From contig NC_068985.1 of the NCBI RefSeq assembly GCF_001194135.2, forward strand, positions 78,810,618 through 78,874,617: a stretch of 64,000 bases of DNA, in the 5' to 3' direction. Position numbers and translations under genes: made by a program. Of this stretch, positions 25,917 to 39,109 are shown piece after piece; the stretch's first letter is position 1; each line of letters opens with the position of its first letter. Under the pieces are notes generated by a model. It searched no databases. It was not told the DNA's origin and saw nothing but the letters and a program-made list of their open reading frames with translations. This DNA is from Octopus bimaculoides. Its lineage: Eukaryota.

Positions 25917-26230
25917 TTTAGATCCTGGATAATGGATCCACAATTTTCAAACTAGGATAGATAAAACAAATAGGATAGGAATAAAATATTGTATAAAGTG
26001 TGCCATGATGAAATATAAAGTCATAGAACCAATTTAACAAAGCATGTTTCTTCAGCTAAACATAAAAAAGAAATGTAATAATTCACAACAAATATTCAAA
26101 GCAGGTTTTCCAGTAACACAATACCAAAATTAGAACAACAATTAGCAACATTTGCAGATTGTCGTGTAAGAAGAAATTAGCATCAATTGCAATATGAAAC
26201 CCTAAAGAACAAAATACAGTGCACTTCTTT
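25917..26230 (+). pseudogene. hAT-type transposase N-terminal zinc-finger relic
   Basis: Single frame FRSWIMDPQFSN*...DRNKIL(Y/C)KVCHDEI*SHRTNLTKHVSSAKHKKEM matches the W..DP.F..W...CKxC...H...L..H..S.KH pattern. Internal stops. Confidence 0.6.
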
Positions 26231-26949
26231 ATTGGGGAAGATTTTCTATGGCAGGATGCCCTTCCTGTTGCCAACCTTCACTTGCAGCTCAATGGCTAGG
26301 AATATTTACGCAGAATACTTGAAAAGAACGACACTGGTTGTATGACAGTGACTCAACTATCATGCAATGTCATGGCAAGGAGTCATCAACATACATGCAT
26401 ATACATGCCGCCATCACCACCACCAACAACCACCCACTTTACCACGTTTGTATGGTTCTGAGAATTTTATGAAGTAGATTTTCTACAACTAGATGCTCTT
26501 CCTGTCACCAACCCTTACCAGTTTCCAAGCAAGGTAATATTTCCCCATTGGCCAGACAGGATTTTGCAAAATATTGGAAATGACTGACATTGCTTCTATG
26601 ACAGTGATCCACATTTACAACTATCACACATCAAGAAAAGGAGACACAAACATGCATGCACACACATACACATCATCATTATTGTTTTAACATCCATTTT
26701 CCATGCTTGCATGGATCAGGTGGAATTTGTTCAGCTAGATTTTCTGACTGGATGCCCTTCCTACTGCCAAGGCTTACTTGTTTCCTGGCAAGGTAATATA
26801 GCCAAGCATGTTTTTCAAAGAAGATTAGAAATGAACATCACCTGTATGATGATGGTGTGTTTACAACCATGACATGATGTCAAGACAAAGGTACACATAC
26901 ACAAACATACACACAATGGCAAAGTTAGGTAAATTTACCTTCTCGAATC

Positions 26950-27175
26950 ATACCAACTCACAAGGGCCAGTTTGCTGGTTTTATGACATATATATTCCCC
27001 ACCTGGATGGGATGTCGGTCTATTGCCAAATTACTCATTTTTTCCAGCTGAGTGGACTGGAGCAATGTGAAATGAAATGTTTTGCTCAAGAACACATCAC
27101 ATGGTTCAGGAATTGAAACCACAATCTTACTATCATGAGTCCAGCACCCTAACCACTATGCCACAAGCCTCCACT
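26950..27175 (-). mobile_element. tRNA-derived SINE related to family D (copies also at ~17780-18020, ~20430-20610, ~31040-31270)
   Basis: Shared ttactcatttttgccagctgagtggactggagcaac...gctcaagaacac...accctaaccactaagccat. Confidence 0.75.
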
Positions 27176-27693
27176 ATACACACAATGGGCTTCTTTCAGT
27201 TTTTGTCTTCCAAACGCTCAAGGCATTTTTTTTGCTCAGCCAGGGGCTATAAAACAAGAAAATTGCCCCAGGTGTTGTCCAATGGGATTGAAACCTAAAA
27301 CCATGTGGTTGGGAAGCAATCTTCTTAATCACACAGCCATGCTTGTGCATTTTTATCATATATAAGCATGAACATAATATATTTAGATACATTTGTTTGC
27401 GTGTTGCATACCTTTCTTGATATCTAAGGACAACAGATTAATGTCTCACATAGGACTATAAATACAATAGATATAGCAAGTGTTAAATTTGATTTTATAG
27501 TCGAATGTCTTCATTTTCATCTCATCACACACGGAAATTGATACTTCAAAGGTATTTAGTCTCTTGATTTGCTCTGTTAATTCCATTACTAAAATATCTT
27601 ACCATAACTGCAATGATGTCACATATTCTCTTTTCAATATTTTTCATATATAAACATATGCTGTTTAAATAAATATATATATATGCACAAACA

Positions 27694-28958
27694 CAGAGGG
27701 TGCGATGGGTAAATTGTTGCTGTTTTATAATTTCAATTTTGTGCATGCGCATTGTTTGTTTTTGATTTTGTTGACTACAGTATAGTAAGGTCAATCGGGC
27801 ACCATCTGTGAGAAAAACAGCACCATGATGCAATTCACTCTGCTAGAAATTTGGAAACGGCATGTTGTACTGCTTGGCATTCATGCTGGAAGCTCCAATA
27901 CAAACGTTTCAGAATGTTCGGGTGTCAATTTGAGGACAGTGCAGAGAATTCGGAAAGATTTGGATGAGTCTAATGGAAAACTCATTCTAATTGTTCTGAT
28001 TAAGAAACGAACTCCTGAATTTGTTGGTGAGATCCAGACCATGATTGACAACAATTCCTCCATGTCAATCAGGTCCATTCCCAGGGACATGGAAATGTCT
28101 GAGTTTATTATCAGGCAAGTAGTGCATGAAGACATTTGGTATTCCTCATACAACATGAGAAAGGGCCAATTTTTATCCCAAGCCATCAAGGACAAGAGGA
28201 AAGACCATGCTACAAAGCTTTTGAACAAACTCAAGCATCCCCTCCAACTGAACATGCTTTGGTTTTTCTCAGATGAGAAAAATTTCTGCCAGGATCAGAT
28301 GCTGAACACACAGAACAACTGTTAGCTTGCCGTACCCCCAAAACATGTACCGAGAGTGGTAAAAAATCAAACATTCAGCCAACATCATGGTGTTTGGAGA
28401 GATCACGAGTGATGATGATGTCATGCCTCCATTCATCTTTCCACACAGCCCAAGACTCAATATGGAAGCCTACATCAAATGCCTAGAGGAGGTAGTGCTG
28501 CTCTGGGTGCTGGAAGACTCTTTCTCTGGCAACAAGACTCTGCATTATGTAACACAACCAAGAGAACCCAGTCATGGCTGTCAGTCAATTTCTGTGACCA
28601 CACCACCCCACTCCTAACATCTGGCCACCTAACATGCCAAACTGCAACCCCCTTGATTATTATGTGTGGGGTGCAGTTGAGCAAGAGATCAACAAAATTC
28701 CTTGTAACACCAAAGATGAACTGAAGGTAAGGATTATGGCAGCATTCACCAACTTAAACATGGAGACAGTCCAGAAAAGTTGCAGGAGATTCCGAAGTAG
28801 TCTAGAGACCATGGTTGAAGCTAATGGCAATTTTATTGAATAAATTTACTCTTTAGTACTTCAAGATATTTTTATGTAATTTTGGTAACTATATCTGTTA
28901 CAATGAGGTGTTAGCGCTATTTTCATTCTTGCATAATTCAGACGACAATTTATTCACC
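27694..28958 (+). mobile_element. Tc1/mariner-superfamily element, DD37D (maT/Bmmar1-like), decayed
   Basis: Starts cagagggtgcgatgggtaaattgttg and ends gacgacaatttattcacc at an N-gap; the ends are partly complementary. Transposase remnants lie inside. Confidence 0.85.
27825..28843 (+). pseudogene. DD37D (maT) transposase pseudogene
   Basis: HTH (GVNLRTVQRIRK), WFFSDEKNF, MVFGEITSDDDVMPPFIFPH, WQQDS and WPPNMPNCNPLDYYVWG. 37 residues separate the second and third D once a 5-nt insertion (ccact, ~28606) is removed. Confidence 0.88.
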
Positions 28959-28968
28959 NNNNNNNNNN

Positions 28969-29019
<51 letters not shown>

Positions 29020-29939
29020 GGATAACAGACAAAAATCTGAGAAATTAGTTAAATCAGCAGTACAGAATAAAATAGATCTCATTGTATATACAGCTGAGCC
29101 GTACATATACGATTAGTTAAGGATAGTTAATAAAAGATGCAAGCTCATGCATATTAAAACTACTGAGGCCATAAAATTAAAATAAATGAACAGATAGTCA
29201 TAGTTACACAACATGCTTCTTTCATTTTCTGTCTATCAAATCCATTCACAAGGTTTTGGTCAAGCCTGAGTATATAGTATAAGACATTTGCCCAAGGTAC
29301 TACATAGTGGGAATGATCATTTGGAATCAGGTGGTTTGGAAGCAAGATTTTCAACCACACAGCTACTCCTGTGGCTGTGTGTGATGTATGTATCTTTAGC
29401 CAAATGCAGGTCAGCATATTTAAGTAATGAGCCAAAAATGATTTTTAACTAAAATTACCTTGCTGCTTAATGTTAAAAATAGTTAAGGGAGATATGTAAA
29501 ATACAAATTTTAATGAGTTTGGGAGGAGCAGGGAGAGTGTGCCTGATCACCGGTAGCCATGGTGACAACTCTGAACATGTTTCAGTCTTACTGAACCTCT
29601 TCAGCGAAGCATAGTTCACTCAAGGGCTGCCAAAACTGACAGAAGTATAACTGTTTTACATGAAGTATATTCACTGATTAGGAAAATTAAAATTTAAACG
29701 ATATATGGATAATTTCCTAAGGACAATTTCTGTAGCAATAATATACAGCTGAGTGCATGCTGGCCATTTGAGGTGGTAATTTTTCGATTAATCAAAATTA
29801 CAAACCTAATGAGAAAAATGTTATTAGTCTTAATGAAAATTTGGCTTGATTGATTTGACTTGAATGTTTGATTAGATTAAATTGATTGATAGATTAGATT
29901 ATACAGGTTAGATAGATTGATAGAGATTGTGTATGTGCA

Positions 29940-30350
29940 TGTATGTGTCAGAGAGAGAGATAGTGTGTGGGGGTGGGGAAAGAAGAGAAAAAGAGATGAA
30001 GGATGATAAGCAAGAAAAAAAAAAGATAATGAATAGACAGAATGAGGCAAGCAGAATAGAAGAGAGAGAGAGAGAAAATAAAGACATTGAATAGAGAAAA
30101 AGGGCTTTGAAAGAAAGTATTGAGAAGTAGCAAAGATAAAAGGGGGAAAATATAGAAATGAAAGAGAGAGACAGAGAGAGAGAGAGAAGCAAAGAAAAGT
30201 AAAACATTTGTGGGCATCAGCATTAAGAGATTACTGAAATGATCGCCACAGTAGGGAGGGAGAGGGAAAGAAAGAAGATAAAGTAGTGAGAGAGTAAGGG
30301 AGTAGATGGAGAGTGTGAGTTAGCAGGAAAGGAGGGACAGGCAGAGGAGT
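29940..30350. repeat. GA-rich low-complexity tract
   Basis: Purine-rich (GA/GAA)n tract; it produces the spurious hydrophobic minus-strand ORFs. Confidence 0.8.
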
Positions 30351-32219
30351 TGAAATTACCTTACATCTATCAAGTTTATAAATACTGCAGTTAAACCTTT
30401 ATAATCCTTAGCTATCATAATGATAGTAGTGGTGGTGGTGGTGGTGGCAGTTATGGCAATGAAGCGGATGAAGATTTTGAAAGCAAACCTTGGAAAGTTA
30501 GATCTTAATCTGGGAGTGCAGTGCAGTGCTGTGTAGTGCAGAAAACTTGCTCATTTGGTTTAGCAAGAATTATACAGAAAGTTCTTGACACAAAGTAAGA
30601 ACAATATGAATGGCAGAAAAGGATTTTAGAGGAGAAAGGACAAAAAAAAATAAATAAATAAAAAAACTCCTCGTCCTCAGAACTCAAGTTGTGACCTGAC
30701 AGAAAACATTCCCCACTTGACAATATATTAGATGCACTTTTTTACAAAAATAATGTCTAAAAAATCCACCCTGCTTGATGTGAGATGATGATGGTGGTGG
30801 TGCTGGTGATCATCACCATCGCTGTTTGACTGGAGCTGATCAGGCAGATGACTGCACCATACTTCTGTGTCTGTTTTGACATGACTTTTTACGGCTGGTT
30901 GAACTTCTTAACATCAACCACCCTGCAGAATGCGCCGAGTGCTTTTTATGTGGCACCAGCACAGGCAAGGTCAGTTTTGGCATTATATGCTTTAATGTAC
31001 TAATAACTTTTTACTTGAATATGGGCTAGTCCAACTTACTCTGTAAGGAGCAAAGGGCCAGTTTCCTGATTTCTATGACATATACATTCCTCCTTGGACA
31101 GGATGCCAGTCTGTTGCAGGATTACTCATTTTTATTAGCTGAGTGGACTGGAGCAACATGAAATAAGGTATTTTGCTCAAGGACACACACATTGCCTGGT
31201 CCAAGAATCAAAACCACAATCTTATGACAATGAGTCCAACACCCTAACCACTAAGCCATGTGCCCCCACTACTTTTTTTCATGGATATACACTTCTGTAA
31301 TTAGGATGAATATAATATGCCCATGTGTCTTTTTGCCATTAAGTATGTAATTAACATCATCATCATTTAATGTCTGTTTTCCATGCTGGCATAGGTTGAA
31401 CAGTTCTACATGAAATAGAGTGTCTTGCTCAAGAACACAACACACAGCCCGGTCCAGGAATTGAATTTATTCATCAATAAATGTACCAAATAATGGTTTC
31501 AAATTTTCAAGGAAGGCATAATTTAATTACATCGACCCCAGTGCTCCACTGGTACTTATTTTATCAATTCTGAAAGGATGAAAGGCAGAGTTAACCTCAG
31601 CTAGATTTTAACTCAGAACGTAAAGACAAATGAAATGCTGTTAAGCATTATGCCCAGCGTGCTAACGATTCTGCCAGTTTGCCATCTTTAGTGTACAAAA
31701 TGATCCCTTGCTTCAGTTATCTGAGATGTCAACTTGTAAAGGAAGGCCACAGTTGATGGAATTAACAACTCCTATGATATATAACTGGTACTTATCTACC
31801 AGTCGTATGCTACTTTGTCAAGGTGATGAAATGAAAACTAGGCCTCATAACAAAGCCAGTCAGTGAGTTTCTTGTTCATTCAAAATTGTAGAAATAGCAA
31901 TAAAATCACCTTCAAATTGCACCCTACCATTTTGAAATTAGGACTCATTAAATAATGTTGTCCTAGAGGATACTATTTAATAAAAAGTGAGATGTCCATG
32001 GCTGGAACATCTTTGATTATAAGTCTGCTGTTTCATAGATCAAAATTAACTTGGGGCTAAATAGCAACATAAAGTAGATACTACCAAACATCTTATGATA
32101 GTTATTGTAGATATAAACATGTATTAAAAGAAATGCCTTTATCTAATTGAGGTACTTTCTAAATTAATACCAGGTTTATTCTAAAGTTGATTTACAAATA
32201 AATTAAAGACAAATACCTT

Positions 32220-32575
32220 TTAGATTTTAGCTGTTTTAGTAATTTGACTGTGACCATTTGGGACATAACCTTGAAGGGTTTATAGTTGAAGAGATTGACA
32301 ATTGTATTTTTGTTTTTAAAGCCTAGAACTTACACTGTCACTCTCTTTTGTTGAACTGCTTAGTTACAGGGACATAAATAAACACATACACCCAAACACA
32401 TGCATAGATAGACAGATAGATACACACATACACATGTGTACATACACACATGATGGGTTTCTTTCTGTTTCCATCTACCAAATCCACTCACAAGGCTTTG
32501 GTTAACTTGGGATTACAGTAGAAGGTATTTGTATATGGTACCACACAGTGGGACTGAATCTGAGGCCATTGTTTG
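32220..32575 (-). mobile_element. SINE family A
   Basis: Reverse-complement homology. Confidence 0.7.
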
Positions 32576-32580
32576 AATGA

Positions 32581-32892
32581 GAAATAATGCCCCACCCACC
32601 ATATTTGCCAGACATTGCCCCCATCTGATTATCATTTATTGCGCAGTCTTCAAAATCATTTGGACAGAAAAAATATGAATTCTGTAGACGAGGTCAGAAC
32701 AGTACTGGATGAGTAGTTTTTTGTCACAGACAAGTGAATGTTGGAAGAAGGGCCTTGCAAGTCTACCAGATAGATGGAAGAGCATTGTAGAAAATGAAGG
32801 AGAGTATATTTTAGATTAAAAATGAACTTTATCTTAATTTTGAAAAATAAAAGAAGTATAAAAACACACATTATTTATGGGATGACCCAATA
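32581..32892 (+). mobile_element. mariner (DD34D) 3' fragment with right TIR
   Basis: EIMPHPPYLPDIAP.DYHL.RSLQNHL...GLASLPDRWKSIVENEGEYILD*, then ttatttatgggatgacccaa-TA. The 5' side abuts a SINE. Confidence 0.85.
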
Positions 32893-33830
32893 CATTATTA
32901 GTGTGTAGTAAACTATAAGATGCATTTTATTTGATCTGTTTTTATCATTATTAGTTGCAGTTACCAATATCTTTTGCTCTGATCATTATTTCTTTAATCT
33001 ACAGATTGCATACTTTTAAAAGGATTGAACTATTCATTACTTGCTTGAAAATATTTTCCTTATAGTCCTCTTCTATGTATTCCTTCAGTGTTTCAAAAAT
33101 ACACCTAACTTTAGCTTGAATTGTTGGTTTGCTTAAAAGTACGTTTTTGTAGCTGGCCTTTTACTTAGAACATTGGCAATTTTTATATTTTGTGGATAGT
33201 TCCAAGCCACTTCTCTATCATTGCTGATTGCTGACAGCTGAACTTTTTACAGTGTCTGAGACTCCTTGTTCTTAAGAATTTTGGAGATTTTTGAATAGTA
33301 CGGTTACAGATCACATGCAGGAGCATTTACTTATTATTCCCTCCCCACCTGCCTTCATGTTGGTTAATTGCTGCCATTATAATTTCCAAATCAAAGGTAG
33401 CAAGCTGGCAGAATTGTTAGCATGCTGGACAAAATGCTTAGTGGCATTTCATCTGTCTTTATCCTCTGAGTTAAGATTTTACCAAAGCTGATGTTTGCTT
33501 TCATCTTTTTTGGGTCAGTTTAATAAGTATTAAAAGATAAATGTTTCAAAAATCACCTCAGGTCCTTCATGCAAAGTTGGGTCTCCAATGTTCTAAATGT
33601 TGGCAACAGGAAGAGCTCTGGAATTTTATTTGATCCAATACAAGCATGGAAACATGGACATTAAAATGGTAGTGGCGGCAGCGGCGTGTGAGAGAGAGAG
33701 AGAATTGTTCATGAAGAAAAATCCCTTGTTTTGCATCAACTGAGATACTTCCTCATCACTCTTGCCATCAGGAAAACAATGAACCAAAGATTTTCCTGTT
33801 GGAAACCCTTAACCAATGATGCTATTCTTT

Positions 33831-34206
33831 TATCTTTTTATCTTTTACTTGCTTCAGTCATAAGACTGTGGCCATGCTGGAGCAACACCATTAAAGATTT
33901 TTAGTCGAATGAATTACTTCTAGTACTTATTTATTTTTTAAAGCCTGATACTTATTCTGTTGGTGTCTTTTACCAAATTAAGATATGAGACATAAATACA
34001 CCAACACCAGTCGTCAAACATTGGAAAGGGATGAACAAAGACACAGATATATGGGCTTCTTTCGGTTTCTGTCTACCAAATCCACTCATAAGGCTTTAGT
34101 CAGCCTGAGGTTACTCTAGAAGGTACTAACCCAAGGTGTAACACAGTAGAACTGAACTTGGAACCATGTGGTTGGGAAGCAAGCTTCTTACCACATACCC
34201 ACACCT
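33831..34206 (-). mobile_element. SINE family A
   Basis: Reverse-complement homology. Confidence 0.8.
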
Positions 34207-35214
34207 ATTATTCACAAATGGAATATAAAAATAAAACAAATTGATAATCTGGGATCGTCATGGCTGGAATACTTTTGACCATATGTTTGCTGGATCAAGG
34301 TTTGGCTTAGGGCTAAATGTCAGAAACTATAAATGATACATTGCAAGCCTCCATCCTCAAGCAGTGGTTAACCTTAAGGTGTCTCTTCTGAAGGGATTCC
34401 ATGATGTATTTCCTCAGCAGTTACACAATAGGTATGACAGGTATCTATGTGCCATGCCTATTGTTTTCTGACATATAAGTTAGTGTAGTATATAGTGTAA
34501 ACATTCAAACATTATCACTATCTTTCTAAACCCTGCTGCATTTCACATGGCATTTTCAGTCCTCCAAAGTGTCTTGGTGTGTAAGCCAACTTACATTGTT
34601 TTGACTTCTAAGTTATGCTTTTAAAACTTTAATTTATATGCCAGAAAATATATTTGCATAAGGATGTGGTGGTGGTGGTGGTTGCAGTGGTGGAAAAGAC
34701 AAGGAAGAAGAGGTGTAGAAATTTAAAGCAAGCTGGTGTAAGGAAAGTGTTTAAATGAAAGAGTTGTATTTGAAATATCATTATTGTTTTTACACAATGT
34801 TGATTCTATAACCAGCAAGTGGTTGGCATTAGGAGGGGCATCCAGCCATAGAAACCATGCCAAAACAGCCATGGAACATCGGCAGCTCTTCAGCTGACCA
34901 ACTCCTGTCAAACTGTTCAGATAACTGAAGAAAGGGATCATTTTGTACACTAAAGATGGCAAACTGGCAGAATCGTTAGCACGCTGGGCATTTTCAGTCC
35001 TCCAAAGTATCATGGTGTATAAGTCAACTTACATTGTTGCTTTTCCTTTGGATAATATCGGTGGTGTGGAAAGGGAGGCTGGTATGTATGGGCGACTGCT
35101 GGTCTTCCATAAACTACCCTGACTGGACTTGTGTCTTAGAGGGTAACTTTCTAAGTGCAATCCTATGGTCATTCATAACTGAAGGGAGTCTTTAATGATG
35201 AATGAATTCTTAGA

Positions 35215-35580
35215 TAATTAAATGAATGCAAGAATGGATGGATGGAATGATAAATAGAAGAAATAATGGATGGAATGACAAACAGATTGATAAATAAAGG
35301 TATGGATGGAATAACAAATGGGAGACTCACTGGATAGATAGAATGATAGACAGGATAGAATGAGAGTTGAAAAGGAATGATTGGATGTTATTAATGTTAG
35401 GTGGATGGAATGGAATGATAGATGGATGAACAATAGATGGATAGAATGAGAACTGAATAAGAATGATAATTAGAAAATTGAAAAATAAATGGAATGATTG
35501 AATGGTTGGGTAGATAGATGGGAAGGAAAATGGAATGATAGATGGAAAGATGGAAGAATGGATAGATTGATTCAAATGAG
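35215..35580. repeat. Degenerate (GAAT/GGAT/AGAT)n simple repeat
   Basis: Continuous gaatggatggaatgata-type array. Confidence 0.85.
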
Positions 35581-36673
35581 GAATTTTAAAATGTTAAGAC
35601 CATGTTATTATTTCAGTCTCTAAATCTCTAGCTCAGTAGAATATTTGCTTAACATTATTTATCTGGTTTTCTTCTCTATAAGTTATGAAATCTTAAAAGC
35701 TATTCTTCCCCATCACTACCAAAAAGAAAAACACAATTAAGAGAGGAATTCTATACAATTGCTTATCTCCAAATCTCTTTCAATATCCACCCCCCTCTCT
35801 CTTTCACAGACACACACACATACAATATTATTACAACACAACATTAGGCACTATCAAAACACACTTCCTTAGGAAATTTCAAGTTTTCTAGTCCCTATAA
35901 CACACAACACCCGCCCACTCCCTGATCCCAACAGTTGTTGTTTGAATGTTGTTGTTTAGTCCTGAGTCAGCTGAAACTGAAGAGACATATCATCAAAGAT
36001 ATTTCCGCTTCGACCCATGACCATCCCATCATTGGAAGGATATCTAAAACTTCATTATCTAATTTGTCCTTTGTAATTTTTTTAAAGATGAAAGATGATT
36101 TTGGTTGCTATTTTTAGCAATCACAAAAAGGCTTCTTTGATGGTTTGAGACCATTCTGTGGTAGGAGGTGAAGAAAAGGGGTGCAAAAATGGTATCTACA
36201 AAAACATCTTCAACATAACACTTAAGAAAAAGATTTTTACAAAAAGCAATAAAAATAATCATTTCCCACACAGACACTAAGTCAGAAATTTTAAGCAAGG
36301 AGCAATCAAATACTGGCAAGATAAGTTATTTTGTTGGTCCCTGAAGAATGAAAAGCAAAATTAACTTAGGAGGGATTTGAACTCAGGATATAAAAAGAGC
36401 TGGAACAAAGTCTTTTGTTTAATCCACTAATGATTCTGTCAACAACAATCATCTAAGCAAATACGATTCAACTTCATGCTATAATCCAAATGGTCCAGTC
36501 TTTGTTGTAGTGTAGTTGAGTGCCTTAATGACTCTGATAGCCATGCCAGCAGAGCGATAGCTCCTGATAAAACTTCTCATGCTGAACAGGCCAAAGGATA
36601 GAGGCCAGACTAATAAAGTCAACTTCTTCCCTGAGATAAAAATGGGTTTGCATAGGACCAACAACCTACCTAG

Positions 36674-36709
<36 letters not shown>

Positions 36710-36710
36710 A

Positions 36711-37115
36711 AGGTGCAGGAGTGGCTGTATGGTAAGTAGCTTGCTTACCAACCACATGGTTCCGGGTTTAGTCCCACTGCATGGCACCTTGGGCAAGTGT
36801 CTTCGACTATAGCCTCAGGCCGACCAAAGCCTTGTGAGTGGATTTGGTAGACGGAAACTGAAAGAAGCCCGTCGTATATATGTATATGTATATATATATG
36901 TGTGTGTTTGTGTGTCTGTGTTTGTCCCCCCAACATTGCTTGACAACTGATGCCGGTGTGTTTACGTCCCCGTAGCTTAGCAGTTCGGCAAAAGAGACCG
37001 ATAGAATAAGTATTAGGCTTACAAAGAATAAGTCCTGGGGTCGATTTGCTCGACTAAAGGTGGTGCTCCAGCATGACCGCAGTCAAATGACTGAAACAAG
37101 TAAAAGAGTAAAGAG
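36711..37115 (+). mobile_element. tRNA-derived SINE family A, near-intact copy after a poly-A run
   Basis: Head with A- and B-box-like motifs (tggctgtatgg, ggtttagtccc), body ggcaccttgggcaagtgtc, internal (TA/TG)n, tail ...gactgaaacaagtaaaagagtaaaga. Confidence 0.85.
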
Positions 37116-37706
37116 TAAGTTACAGAAACATCTATGACAATTCAAAACTAACAAAACCTGGGATGGTTCCCTGAAGGAATGACTTTGTTCAGGGAAACAT
37201 ATGACCCGGTGCAGCAAAATTTAATGGAAAAAAGCAGAAAAGACAGCATAGAATCAAGAACTATGGAGAAAAGTTGTTAATGGCCTATGATTTGCAAGGA
37301 GCAAGTGCTTAAGTAAGTCATGGTATAATATATGTACACTATGAAATACAAGGTTATTTTTTCACAACACTGCTCCACCACTAATACTATCACTTCCTCA
37401 AAATTAAAATATAATAAACCCTTGATTAATGAACAAATATGAAGGAAGGTGTGTCCATTAATGCCAAAAGTTAATCATATCAAAGGCAACCTAGATGCTA
37501 TTTTCATAGTGTTTGTGATGTTAAAAAAGAGCTTCAAATCAAAATACATTACAGCACAGTTTGAAATCCTCAAATTATGATAAAGAATATGTAATATTTA
37601 CTTCCCTCCTGACAGTGCAGACTAAAAATCTTTTGCCAACACCATAGATGTAGTATAGCATTGAAGAAATCATTTTATCCAGTCAGTCAAATAAAGTAAA
37701 AGAGTA

Positions 37707-38015
37707 AAGCCTCTCTTCGGTCATGAATGACCATGGGATTACACCTAGTTACCCTCTGAGATACAAGTCCGTGCAAGGTTGCTTGTAGAAGACTAGCAGT
37801 CACCCATGCATACCAGCCTCGCCTCTCCATACCACCGATATTATCCAAGGGCAAAGCATCAGTGATGTCACAACTCATTACAGCTGAGCAAACTGGAGCA
37901 ATGTGAAATAAAGTGTCTTGCCCAAGAACACAACGTACAGCCCGGTCCAGGAATCAAACTCACTACCTCATGATTGTGAGCCCAACACTCAAACCACTGA
38001 GCAATGTGCCTTCAC
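37707..38015 (-). mobile_element. SINE family D
   Basis: Homologous to 3492-3775. Confidence 0.8.
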
Positions 38016-38168
38016 ACAGTCAGTAAAATAGAGCACTGTTGAGCCAAAAGTTTACTGTATATTATCAGTTAATGAAGCAGTATCAGTTAGTCTTTCAAGA
38101 CCTTGGATCCACAACTGCAAAGTCACGGTTTTGTCATGTTGGTAGAACAGTATTTACTATGATTATGT

Positions 38169-38543
38169 GGAGGCGCAATGGCCCAGTGGTTAGGGCAGTG
38201 GACTTGCGGTCATAGGATCGTGGTTTCAATTCCCAGACCGGGCGTTGTGAATGTTTATTGAGCGAAAACACCTAAAGCTCCACGAGGCTCCGGCAGGGGA
38301 TGGTGACGAAACCTGTTGTACTCTTTCACCACAACTTTCTCTCACACTTTCTTCCTGTTTCTGTTGTGCCTGTAATTCAAAGGGTCAGCCGTGTCACACT
38401 GTGTCACGCTGAATATCCCCGAGAACTATGTTAAGGGTACACGTGTCTGTGGAGTGCTAAGCCATTTGCACGTTAATTTCACGAGCAGGCTGTTCCGCTG
38501 ATCGGATCAACTGGAACCCTCGATGTCGTAAGTGACAGAGTGC
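38169..38543 (+). mobile_element. tRNA-derived SINE with a well-preserved tRNA-like head
   Basis: ggaggcgcaatggcccagtggttaggg...ggtttcaattccc head, followed by ~300 bp of non-tRNA body and no tRNA 3' acceptor strand. A decayed reverse-strand tail fragment lies near 14920-15070. Confidence 0.8.
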
Positions 38544-38659
38544 TTCTCATCTCTCTTTCACTATGATTATAGAGACTCGCATATGAATGACAGTCATGCA
38601 CTTGTAGGCATTGTCTGCTAGTCTTGTCAGTGATGTAGCTAGAGTATATGCTACCCAGG

Positions 38660-39109
38660 CAGGGCTAGATTAAAACCCATAGAGGCCCTAAGCACTTACA
38701 AGATTTTAAACCCCCCCCACACACACACACACCATATATATATATATATATATATATAAATCAAAATATTAATAATAATAAAACATAAAATAAATTATTT
38801 TTTGAAATGAAACAAAACTAACAGTAAGAAGGAAAATAAAGTTTATTCTTGTATAGTTCCACTTTATATTTGAAAAGTTTTCTCCTACATTTTTTTTTTA
38901 TTGTAAAGTCTTTGATAAGATCCTCACTAGGACACCATGAACACTTCAAAATTATATTTCCAATAATATAAACCACTTCAAATATTATTTTAGCAAATTT
39001 AAAGTGATTTCTTTTGTGCTGTAAATCATTTACAATTTCTGAGGTGCCCCCTGCTTCCCTTGATGCCCTAGGCACACGCTTATTTTGCTTAATAGTTAAT
39101 CCAATACCG
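38660..39109 (-). mobile_element. Non-autonomous hAT element (450 bp) with 8-bp TSD
   Basis: TACCCAGG at both 38652-38659 and 39110-39117. Imperfect TIRs cagggctagattaa / ttaatccaataccg. Minus-strand remnant EDLIKDFTIKKKCRRK resembles a hAT transposase C-terminus. Confidence 0.85.

Noticed and set aside
27460-27660. Minus-strand VMVRYFSNG motif suggesting a hAT core fragment
   Set aside because: Too short and too degenerate to call without a search.
29908-30223. Hydrophobic membrane-protein-like ORFs
   Set aside because: They are translations of a CT-rich low-complexity strand.
38169-38245. Possible tRNA gene
   Set aside because: It has A and B boxes but no complete cloverleaf or acceptor stem, and continues into a SINE body.
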